From positions 9,858,001 through 9,922,000 of the forward strand of contig NC_043015.1 of the NCBI RefSeq assembly GCF_006345805.1: DNA of 64,000 bases, in the 5' to 3' direction. Below, one piece after another: positions 12,964 to 24,769 of this stretch; positions within the stretch are counted from its first letter, which is position 1; the number at the start of each line of letters is the position of its first letter. The stretch is from Octopus sinensis (Eukaryota). A model generated the notes under the pieces. That model ran no database searches. It was not told the DNA's origin and saw only the letters and a list, made by a program, of their open reading frames with translations. Both the position numbers and the translations under genes were made by a program.

Positions 12964-13039
12964 CTGTTTCAACACACGACTTCACATAAAAAATCTTGCA
13001 CAACAAATATTTAAACGTATATATATATAATTATTCAGT

Positions 13040-14480
13040 TCAATGTTAAGAATGTTACAAATAGGGAATTGGACTTATATAGAAAGACGTTTAATTGTTT
13101 TTTTTTTTAGAATTATCTTCGCTTTATCAACCACAATATTAAATGAGCATGTATCTCTCAACTCCCTAGATGTTAACTTCAATTCAATTACTGATATTTA
13201 CAAACATTATCATAAGCCTAACTCTAATATGTAATATAGTAATTCAGAAAGTAATCATCCAGGCTGTGTTAAAAAGACTTTCTAGTTTACAATATCTCTA
13301 GAAGAATTTCTGCATTAACTTCTTGTGAGAAAGTTTTTGATAGGAATACTGATTACTATAATATAGCTCTTAAAAAGGCCGGCTACAATAAGAATATTGA
13401 ATAGCTAAATACTCCTAACAGTAATTATACTGATAAATCGAAACTTACTAGTAATGGTTATGTATTCGATTTTAAATCTAAACAGAAAGTGGGCATAACT
13501 ATTGTGAGAGTAACTCTTTAATTCCAGATATTAATGTTCACAAATGCAAATATAATTATTTGCTAAAATGTTATAATTTTCAGTTGGTCTATAAGGTAAA
13601 TAATTTAGGTCATTCTAATTTAGTTTTGGACAAGATTAACATATTTGGTTTGTTATTCCCTTTGTCGGTCAATTAAAAATGACTTAGTTAAAGCCAGGGT
13701 ACAAATTGGTCTTAAAGCCGTTCAATAAAAAAAAGTAGATATTATGAGATTTTGAATTTGAGATCCATTAAAATTGCTTTTTCGGTCTCTAGGAATCTAT
13801 CTCAGATTATTTCTTCTATTAGTGAAAAGAAATTATCCAGTATTTATCTTCGGGATAACTTAATTAATATTAGTGAGACTGATTCCATGAGTACCAATGT
13901 TAATGATTTTCCTAATAGCCAGTTTGGCAGGGATGGCTTGAATTCTATTTCTAATATAAGTGGAGGTAATAGCCTTTCACTTAATGATAATTCAATTGAT
14001 GAAGGTGCAAATAGGAGTGAGAATTCCTTTTGTGATTGTAGAAACAAAGATAATTGTTTATTTGGTAACTTTTACGAGCGTAGGAAAGTCGTCTACCAAG
14101 CTAAAGTTATTTCTGAAGGTAATAATTACTTTTATATTCGTTCTTCTGCTAATTATATTAAGAAAAGTGTTTTGATTCATTACCATTCCTTTAGGAATAG
14201 AAATGGGGCTTCTTCTACTAGTGTTAGTAATTTCATCTGGAATCTTAAAGATAATAATAAAACGTACTTTACTGAATGGAGCATTCTATGGACGGCCCCG
14301 GCTTATACGATTGGCAATAGGTTCTGTTCCCTTTGTTCAGAGGAATTATTTTTGATTCTGTTTTCTAGATGGAGGCTGCTAAACTTTAAATCTGAAAGGG
14401 GTTTTTCTGTGTTCAATAGAATAAGTATCTGCTTAAAATTTTTTAATAAGGTTGTCTGTTATAAGTGTCTTATTAGATGA
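13040..14480 (+). mobile_element. Penelope-like element, decayed thumb/linker plus GIY-YIG endonuclease
   Basis: ORF 13752-14480 contains CDCRNKDNC...KVVYQAKV...YFYIRSS...SVSNFIWNLKDNNK..EWSIL...CSLCSEE, the typical Penelope GIY-YIG region. Upstream is a NISRRISAL...YYNIALKKAGY linker. Confidence 0.8.
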
Positions 14481-15167
14481 TTTAGCGGTTTTTGAGGGTT
14501 TGATAATTTCAGGTTCCCCGTTTGCTTTTTTACTACACTAGCTCTATCCTCTAATTTGATTTTTAAAATATAATTTTTTAAAGATATTGAGAGTATTTTA
14601 ACTTTGGTACATCTGTGTTTGTGAGACGGTGGATTTTTATATTTAATTCATTTAATTATCTTACTACCGTATTGTTATTTCTGTATTTATTTATTAGTTG
14701 ACTTAACGCCTTTTATAATGATGGCTAATTGTTATTTAAACAAGATGCAAAACGAAGCAGAGAACAATCGCAATAACAACATCTCAAATATTTCCCAGTC
14801 ACACACATACAAACACATACTCAAACAAAATTGGAATGATCTGTTTTTATCTTCAGTGTCGTACGTTTCCATTACGCACACACACACATTCCCACATACG
14901 CAGAGAGACGCGCACGCATACACACACACAAACTTTCTCATACCTCCCTTTTTCATATACACACGTATACACATATACTCACTCAGAGTTGAATGACTCT
15001 CTTTTACTTTATTCCCCACTTCGTTTCTCATTCATATATTGACAACAGAAAATACACTCCACGTTCTTCTTTAACAAACGGTCAATGCTTTCTCTCACTC
15101 TCTCAGACATGGCTATTACTCTCTCTGCCTCCCCTTCACAATTTTCACTCCTCTCTCTTCAATGCTA

Positions 15168-15210
<43 letters not shown>

Positions 15211-15320
15211 AGCCGTTCTATTTTACTTGTAGAGGGCTATTTTGTAAACTAAAGATTTGTTTTTTATTTTTTATTTTATTTTCGTTCGATTTTACCATAT
15301 TACTAAGTTTGAGTATGTAC

Positions 15321-15460
<140 letters not shown>

Positions 15461-15570
15461 CTTTCTAGTTTTGAATATCTGGCGTTCTTGTTTTCGTTCG
15501 TTTATTTGTTCACATCTGGGTTACCTATATTTTGTATATTTTAATTGGTCTTATCATTTATAGCAGTATG

Positions 15571-15662
15571 TAATTCCTGAAGAGGAATCTAATTTGTATT
15601 TCATGAACAGTTTTTAGTCTTTGACTTTGGAATTAATTAGGCGCTGAAACAACTTGTAAAAT
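15571..15662 (+). ncRNA. Hammerhead-ribozyme-like motif (type I, long stem II), probably the 3' tail of the Penelope-like element
   Basis: CTGAAGA 15577-15583, an in-register stem II, GAAAC 15646-15650, a near-palindromic stem III (ACAA-C-TTGT) and a GTA cleavage triplet at 15656-15658. Confidence 0.5.
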
Positions 15663-15765
15663 ATATATTGGTTCTAAGCAACTTGGATTTCAATTGGATT
15701 AAAGTTCGTCTACACTTAATTATTTTTTCCCTTTCCTTATACTTCATTTTATATACATACATACA

Positions 15766-15812
<47 letters not shown>

Positions 15813-15945
15813 TTGGAGAATAAGAAACGACGCGAGGCGTTCAGTCATATAATAACAATTTAATAAATAAAACATATGCATACATACATATATGTACATA
15901 CCTACATCTATATGTATATATACAGGCATATATATATATATAAAT

Positions 15946-18820
15946 GGAGGAGTTGCCTGATTCATGAAGGAGTTGCTATGTACATCCGTGAGGACCTCAC
16001 ACCCCAGGTCCTCTTGTCATACTCAAACTCGGTGTGTAACACACTAATTGTACATATAAGGCAACTTGATGTAGTTGTGTGTGCTACATATCGCCCTCCA
16101 GATGCCCCAAGCCATGTGGGCAAGTTTGAAGACTGCCTTATAAAAATAGAAGAAGTTCTAATCACATTAGAACAACACATAAGTGTACTTCTTATGGGAG
16201 ACTTCAATCTACCCAATGTCAGATGGCCCGAGGTCCTTTCTCTCCCAGGAATGACAAGATGTGAACGAGGACAGGCGAGGTCCCTCCTGAACCTCATCAA
16301 CACCCTGTACATGGAGCAAGTAATACTCCAACCAACCAGGGCAGGTAACACACTGGATCTCTGCTTCACAAATGACATGGATCTCATCCAAAATGTGAAA
16401 GTGACAACGACACTACTCTCGGATCACAACATGGTAGGGCTGACCATGTACGGGCCAAAAGAGAGCACGGACATGCAGCCTACAAGAAACCCTCAGAATC
16501 TTTCCAGCTTGAACTACCATAAGGCAAACTGGAAACAAATTGAGAAAGAGATCCTCAAACAAGACTGGCCAAAATGTCTCTCCTCGCCAGAAATCGACGT
16601 GAAGCTTCAACAATTCATGTCTGTAATGCAAGCCATATGCTACAAATGTGTCCCAGAGAGAAAGGCCACTGTACACGAGAACAAAAGCCCCAGAGAGAGG
16701 AAACTTTTAATGAGACGGCGTACAAAAATTTCAAATCGCCTAAACAAACAGATTGAAAGCAGTGAAAAGTCCCGCCTAAAAATAAAACTGTTGGAAATTG
16801 GAAAATGTCTGCAACTCTCCCATGAATAGGAAAGAGCAGACAAAGAAGCCTGGGCTATAGACAACATAAAATCTAACCCCAGAGCTTTCTACAGGTATGC
16901 CAAAGAAACAGCCACGGTGTACTGTAGAAGAGGGCCACTCCTTGAAAAGGATGGAACACTTACAGGAAAACCAATGAGGGTAAGTGAAATACTGAATGAG
17001 CAATTCAAGAGTGTTTTCACTCCACCCCTTGGGCATCTCCAAATCACCAATCCAACTGACTTGTTTACCACTGCAGATATAAAATCAGAGGCGGCGACGA
17101 TAGGTTACATCGATATAAAGGAAGACGATGTAATAAAGGCTATAGATGAAATGAAAACAGACTTAGCTACTGGCCCCGATGGATTCCCGGCAATCCTCCT
17201 AAAAGCATGTAAAAGAGTCCTAGCAAGACCACTGCACTTCCTCTTTCAGAGCTTCCTTGCAGATGGCAAACTTCCAAGAAAACTGAAAGAAGGTAAAATA
17301 TGCCCCATTCATAAAGGAGGTAGCAGAGCGGAGGCCAAGAACTACAGACCTATCTCTCTGACCTCACACATCAGCAAGGTCATGGAACGAATAGTCAGAA
17401 GGAAACTGATCACCTTCCTTGAAGAAAATGACTTGCTGCCCGACACCCAACATGGTTTCCGACTAGGGAGAAGCTGTTTAACTCAGCTCCTACAACACTA
17501 TGACTGGGTGCTGAAACGGCTGCTCAACCACTCAAATGTGGAAGTGGTATATCTCGACTTTGCAAAGGCCTTTGATAAAGTCGATCATGAAATGATATGT
17601 CACTAACTGCGTGATCTCAACATAGTTGGAAAACTGGGAGAATGGCTTCATGACTTTCTGAAAGATAGAAGTCAGGTGGTAGTAGCCAATGGGGCCACTT
17701 CCATTAACACGCAAATAGTGAGCGGTGTTCCGCAGGGCACTGTTCTGGGACCACTACTGTTCATAATGGCCCTCTCAGACATGCCCTCAGCCACGCAGAG
17801 AGCCACGATCACAAGTTATGCAGATGATACAAAAGTTTCACAGGCAATACAGAACCCTGAGGACACTAAACGCCTGCAATGTGAGCTGGACAAAATATAC
17901 AAGTGGGCTGAAAAGAATAGCATGCAGTTCAATGCTGAAAAGTTTCAAGCTTTATACTATCAGCATGCAAAACTAAATGCAATACCCAATGAATACACTG
18001 GAACCGGAGGAATAGCAATCCCAGAGGCACAATCAGTGCGTGACCTGGGTATTTACATGAGTGATGACGCAACCTTTCGTGTGCGTGTTGCTAAATTGGC
18101 AATGAAATGTAGACGACTGGCCGGATGGATTCTCAGAACCTTTAGAACAAGAGAACAAGAAACCATGATGGTCCTCTGGAGGACACTTGTCCTAAGCCAC
18201 TTTGACTATTGCTCTCAGTTATGGTCACCATCCAGTGTCAAGTTGATCACAGAGCTCGAGGCGATCCAGCGTAGCTACACGAAGAAGATAGCCTCTATGC
18301 AGAATGTAAGCTACTGAGAAAGACTCAAGAGATTAAAACTATATTCCTTGGAGCGTAGGCGGGAAAGATATGCCATAATATACATCTGGAAGATCCTGGA
18401 GGGACGTGTCCCAAACTTTGGCATCGAGAGTTACACAAATGCCAGAACTGGGCGCCACTGCGTGGTGCCTAGGACTCCAAATTTGCCATCAAGATGTAGG
18501 ACAAGATACTGTGATAGCCTGGGCTTCCGAGGCCCACAGCTCTTCAATATCCTCCTGAAGAACCTGAGAGACCTGCATGGGGTGGATGCAGATGTCTTTA
18601 AAATGAAACTGGATCTCTTCCTGTCGGGTGTCCCAGATGAACCAACTTCACTGCAGGAGGTGCAGATGAGGGCAGCTGCATCGAACTCTCTCATGCACCA
18701 AATGGCAGTTGCTAAAAAGCTTTCGTGAAGTAAAACCATGTAGCAACACCAAATGGCGGTGCCCCAGCATGGCCACAGCTCATGAGCTGCAACTAGAATC
18801 AATCAATCAATCAATCAATC
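15946..18820 (+). mobile_element. CR1/Jockey-group LINE, 5'-truncated in the APE endonuclease; ORF2 in one frame with three in-frame stops
   Basis: ORFs 15876, 16917, 17676 and 18348 share one frame. Motifs GVAMYIR, TYRPP, GDFNLP, LDLCF, SDHN (APE); ATGPDG, NYRPISLTS, QHGFR, YLDFAKAFDKV, SGVPQGTVLGPLLF, YADD, RDLG (RT). 3' tail GGCGGTGCCCCAGCATGGCC...CTAG(AATC)n. (TA)n on both sides. Confidence 0.95.
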
Positions 18821-18869
18821 ATATATATATATATATGATTGATTGATTGATTGATTCTAGTTTCAGCTC
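18784..18869. repeat. Near-perfect palindrome centred on (AT)8 at the LINE 3' end
   Basis: gagctgcaactag(aatc)n-(at)8-(gatt)n-ctagtttcagctc. Confidence 0.9.
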
Positions 18870-18972
18870 GGGCCTGGTCAATCGTCGTCGCTCGACTTGT
18901 TGGGATCCCGGGTTCTAGTTTGAGCGACGGCAGGTGCGATTCCGTAGCAACTTTCTGGGAGTTCCGTAACAA
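18865..18972 (+). mobile_element. Short GC-rich repeat, possibly a tRNA-derived SINE fragment
   Basis: gatcccgggttctagt resembles a degenerate B box; GC-rich island amid microsatellites. Confidence 0.3.
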
Positions 18973-19041
18973 TATATATATAAAATGGTACTTTTTTCGA
19001 CAGTAATTGCTGATACAATCTTGGAGGGGGGGAATTCTGAC

Positions 19042-19215
19042 CTTCTTCTTCTTCTTCTTCTTCTTCTTCTTCTTCTTCTTCTTCTTCTTCTTCTTCTTCT
19101 TCTTCTTCTCTTCTTCTTCTCTTCTTCTTCTTCTTCTTATCATCATCATCATCATCATCATTATTATTATTATTATTATTATTATATTATTATATTATTA
19201 TTATTATTATTATTA
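19042..19215. repeat. (CTT)n(ATC)n(ATT)n trinucleotide microsatellite
   Basis: Directly visible. Confidence 0.95.
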
Positions 19216-21308
19216 TGTACATATATATGTGTGTGTGCGTGTGTGTGAGTGTACATGAATATACCTGTGTTACATATGTATGCAGGTATATACAGATATG
19301 TCTATGTGCGTGTATGTGCACATGCTTTTGTGTGTGTGCATGTCTATGCACGTGAATGTATGCGTTTGAGTGTGACCTCAAAAAGCAAAGCTTCAGAATT
19401 ATTAATTCAAAGCATCTTGTCCAAATACTTTGGCTCCTACAAGACCTGCCTTGCAAACAGCGGTAAACGTCAAATAATTTTCGATGCTATCAATCTGCAA
19501 ATTCATAATCCATTAATGGAGCAATCTTGAGACATATGGGGATACAATTCCAAAGATAAAGTTGGTATTTTGCAATCGGAGAAGACACATCGACTGATTA
19601 AGTAAAATTTGAATAAATACCAATAGAATAATTATCATTTAAACGCTAATATTACACAATGAGAATGTGTTTTAGAGGACGAAAATGAAGGCTGTGAGTA
19701 TAAATGCAAAATTCATAATATATACAAGTTCGTTTTCGAGATGATTTTTCTAAATTTCTATACGAGGTGTGGAAGAACAATATATCTTAAAAATATTGGT
19801 GTATGATATATGTAACAGAAGTGAATGTACTTCAATTAAAACTAAATATTTCTCAACTGGCAACGGTTATATATAGTATTGTGGTGTCAATATAATAAAG
19901 AATTTAAATGTGGATGTCTTATTGTAGAAAGTTACTTTATGTAGAAAGATCAAGAGAAGCTACCTACGTAACATATTTTTACAACGCATCATAAGAATAT
20001 AAAACATGTAGCGACAGTACGTAAAAATAAAGCCATTTATCTGTGGTTTGACTAATTTTACAAATGAGGTATTATATATTAGAGCAAAACATAATAAAAC
20101 ACCAGTAAGTGCTGCCATTTCTTTTCACATAAAATAATTGAAATCTGAAAAGTAGATGAAAATCTATTAAAGAAAATGTTTGCGATTATAACATAAGCCT
20201 CCATAAGTTTTCTTGCTCTTTTAATTATTACAGAATACGAAGACATTATTATCACGATTATGGTTTGGAGTTCTATTATTGAGTATATATGACTTTCATA
20301 ATATTAAAAATACAAACGATAACAATGTTGATATTGATATAATGAATATAATTTTCTTGGAGTAACTAATATTCCCGAGTCAATAGAGGTTGACGCCAGA
20401 TACATTCTGTGGAAATCTGATTACAATCTAATGAAAAAACCCTCTGGCTCAGGGAAGAATAGAACCAAATCTCTAAAGACAATATCCAAGACAACGGAGA
20501 GGTGTTCCAGCAGGATCTGGTGGAGGAGAAACGGGAGCAACTCCAACGGGAAATAATTCCATGTAAGTCATTCTTAAAGCGTTGACGTTTCCCCGCTGAC
20601 ATGGTAACCAACGTTATTTCTTCTGTAAGAATAAGTTTGATAGCTATGCTACCAAAAAAGAGTGACGCCTAGATCAAATCTTCAAGCGGTCTCAGTGCAC
20701 AAATCTCCTATATCATAGTAGCTAAAAATTGTTAGCAAACGGGCAGCTATCAGTTATGACTTGGATGCCACCCAAGCCTCTTAGAGTCCAAATAATTAAG
20801 AAGCGAAATACTCACCTTAGGGGGTGTTTCTTCTGTTGTGTCTTCCTGCTGTTCAGTTCTCTTGAGAGTTTCGTACCACCACATTAACCGTTTAACTACT
20901 TATACATATTTATTCTACGCATTAATATCAATTTTTTAAATCCTAAGTACGATAAAATGCGTCAGCAAACACTTATAGGAAAACAACATTAGTCCTGTAC
21001 ATATGTCATTGTCTAAAAGCTAATTGGAAGTAATTATGACATTAATAAAATTAGTAATTTCAAATACAGATTAATTCCATTAATTCATTATTATTCTAAA
21101 ACAATAGCTACATTATCCCAGTACACCATATTTATGTTCATTTCCTCTTTATTACTATGTTATTCAACAATCCTAGTTCACCTGACCCATCTTATACTGA
21201 ATATTCCTAATTAAAATTATTGCCATTATCAATAAGTAGTCATCTCAAATTTGATAACTCCGAAGCATTTTATTTTATTTTTATTGATTTTCGTTAATGT
21301 TTTCTCGA

Positions 21309-21652
<344 letters not shown>

Positions 21653-23223
21653 AACTTGGCTTCGTAAAATCTGGATTTCCGTATAAGATAATGTTCACCA
21701 CTGCTTCGATTTTTATTACGTACTATCGGTACAATACTCTTCTACGATAAAGCAAAACAACTGTACAAGTTAATGGTTCGAAAATTTGTGTAATGAAATC
21801 ATACGCAAGTCTATAGCTACGTTTGTCTAAACACACATGCACTCCCCCATACACACACATGTGTGTGTATATGTATGCGTAAGTGTGCCTCTCTGTGTGT
21901 ATGTGTGTATTTATATATATACATATATATGTATATGGTTATGGTTACATGCATATATACTCAATCTTTGATGCGGCTTTTTTAAGATTTTTCCACCACA
22001 CTTGCAAACCTTGAGGGAAGCTTATTATAAAGGAAACTATTTACATTAATGAATCCCTCTCACAATACCCATTACAATCCCTACTTCCCTTATTCACAAT
22101 CAGAAAATGAAACATAATTTTAAAATATTATTGAATTATTTTTTTATCTTTCCATAAACACCGACCCCCATACCTATTCCCCTGCATCACAGCATGAATG
22201 CTGAAATGTCGCCACTTTCGAATTACTTTTTTAATCATAATTGTTTTTTAATCGGACTTTCCTAATCTGCAATCTCTTTGTTATTATAATTTCAAGTAAT
22301 TTTCAGATAAAATGGTGTATGATTTAAGGGATATTTACCTGGGGTTTTTCGTCTGTTTTTTTCTTAGCATATCCCACGACTACCCGCTTCCTTCTTCGTT
22401 TCTTTGTCGGTCTGAAATATGTTGATGTTTTTCTATATTTTCTCCCGATATACACATTTTATGGCATTTAAGCATTAAGGTTGAAATAAGAATTTTTAAG
22501 TCTCATCAGGCATCAAGGATTCCGGGTCTATGGGTGTGTAGGAAAAACCTATTTACTAACACAAAGGTGTTTTTATATAAACACTTTTAAAATCACCCTG
22601 TCAACCTAATAAAATTCGTTATACACATTCTTCCATACATATTGACAAACATACAAGAAGAGAGCGAGAGAGAGAGATAGTCAGAAAGGGAGAGGGAGTG
22701 GCACGGTTATACAGAAAGTGGAGGAGGTTACCATGTGAAAAGAAATTTTCATATTATAAAATTAAGACAAAATTCTAAAATTTGGTATATTGGGTTAATT
22801 TTCTGCGCGGAATCGTAAAAGTTTACAGAGGTTGTATTTGATCATTTTTACCCAATCAGAATCGAGAATGTGTAAGGAATAGCTGCAATAAAATGAAAAA
22901 ACACATCCAAAGATGTAAAAGAAAATCAAAGCACTGCGTATATATATATATATATATTTAAAGAGAGAGAGAGAGAGAGAGAGAGAGAGTGTGTGTGAGA
23001 GAAAAAAGACTGTGCTAAATATACATACAAGGATAGATTGATGGTCACATATAGAAAGTTGACGGACTAAAAGGTGAGTTATTTTCCATAGCAAATTATA
23101 TTTTATTTACAGACAACTTTCTGATTAGGCGCAAATCTGGAAAACAAAATTTGGTTTTCTCGAGGACGCACTGCTTCTGAGCATCTCGAGACCAAACATG
23201 CGAAAATAACCACATACACAGTC

Positions 23224-23545
<322 letters not shown>

Positions 23546-23689
23546 GAATGTATATACATAAATGCATTACGTACGAATATATTTAATAGTTTGTGTCAAT
23601 ATCTATGTAAATGAAATGTTATAGATTATTTTCGACAATATGTACGTGTGTGTATACATATACATATGCAAATATATACATGTATATGA

Positions 23690-24012
23690 AGATTTCAGTT
23701 GATCCGATCAAAAACCAATTTAATGTGCAAGTGGCTGAGAACTCCACAGGCACGTGTACATTTAATGTAGTTCTCAGGGAAATTCAACGTGACACAAAGT
23801 GTGACAATTTGGCTCTCTGATATACAGGTTCAACGAAAATCAGTGAGAGAAAGTTGTGGTAAAAGAACACAGCAGGATTGGCCACCACCCCTTTGCCGGA
23901 GCCTAGTGCAACTTTAGGTGTTTTCGCTCAATAAACACTCAAGAGGCCTGGTCTGGGAATCGAAAACGCGGTCCTACGACCGCGAGTCCGCTGCCATAAG
24001 CACTAAGCCATT
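23690..24012 (-). mobile_element. SINE family B, full length, diverged
   Basis: Minus strand: gcaatggcttagtgcttatggcagcggactcgcggtcgtaggaccgcgttttcgattcccagacc head, followed by the same body as 8000 and 29356. Confidence 0.85.
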
Positions 24013-24020
24013 GCAATTCT

Positions 24021-24062
<42 letters not shown>

Positions 24063-24090
24063 GCACACACATACACACAGACACACGCAA

Positions 24091-24130
<40 letters not shown>

Positions 24131-24769
24131 TACCAATTCTATATGTATGCATGCATGTATAATAATATAATCATATACAGTTATATGTATGTGTGAGTCT
24201 ATATATAGCTATTCGTTTCTATGTACTTCTGTGTTTTTCTGTGCATTAAGTATATAGTTTTGTTCTTATATTTTCGTTCAGACATTAATAAATCTGTGTG
24301 CGTATCATTGTACTTTGATGTCTCATCACCTTTTCTTTAGTTTATCATTTTATTACTGCCTCTAGTATATTGTTTCATGTTGTACTAAATTTAGCGCTTA
24401 TGAAGGTTAAGTACCCACTAGCATCGCATTAGTCTGAAAATATATACTTCGATGAAATTTTGAGTGATATTTAGTTACCGACCTACCAATAACCATCTCC
24501 AGAATCTAGATTCTTATTCTATATTTCTTTACCTTCTTTTACTTTTGATATTATATTTCCTGTTTTTGTCATTATTTACAATTTCTTCCCTTGTTTTTTT
24601 CGATATTTCTTCTGTATAGTTTTTCTCATGTTTTTTTCCTCTAGCTTCATAATGGTATACATCAGTCAGGATTTGTAAATCATTTATCGAAAATAATGAA
24701 TAAAAGTATACTTACGCGCAGGACTGGCTGTGTGGTAACGAGCTTGCTTCCGTGCATGCGTGTGTCAGT

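Noticed and set aside
12393-12989. 198-aa ORF
   Set aside because: It spans a skewed decayed repeat, a microsatellite and a MITE; no coherent protein signal.
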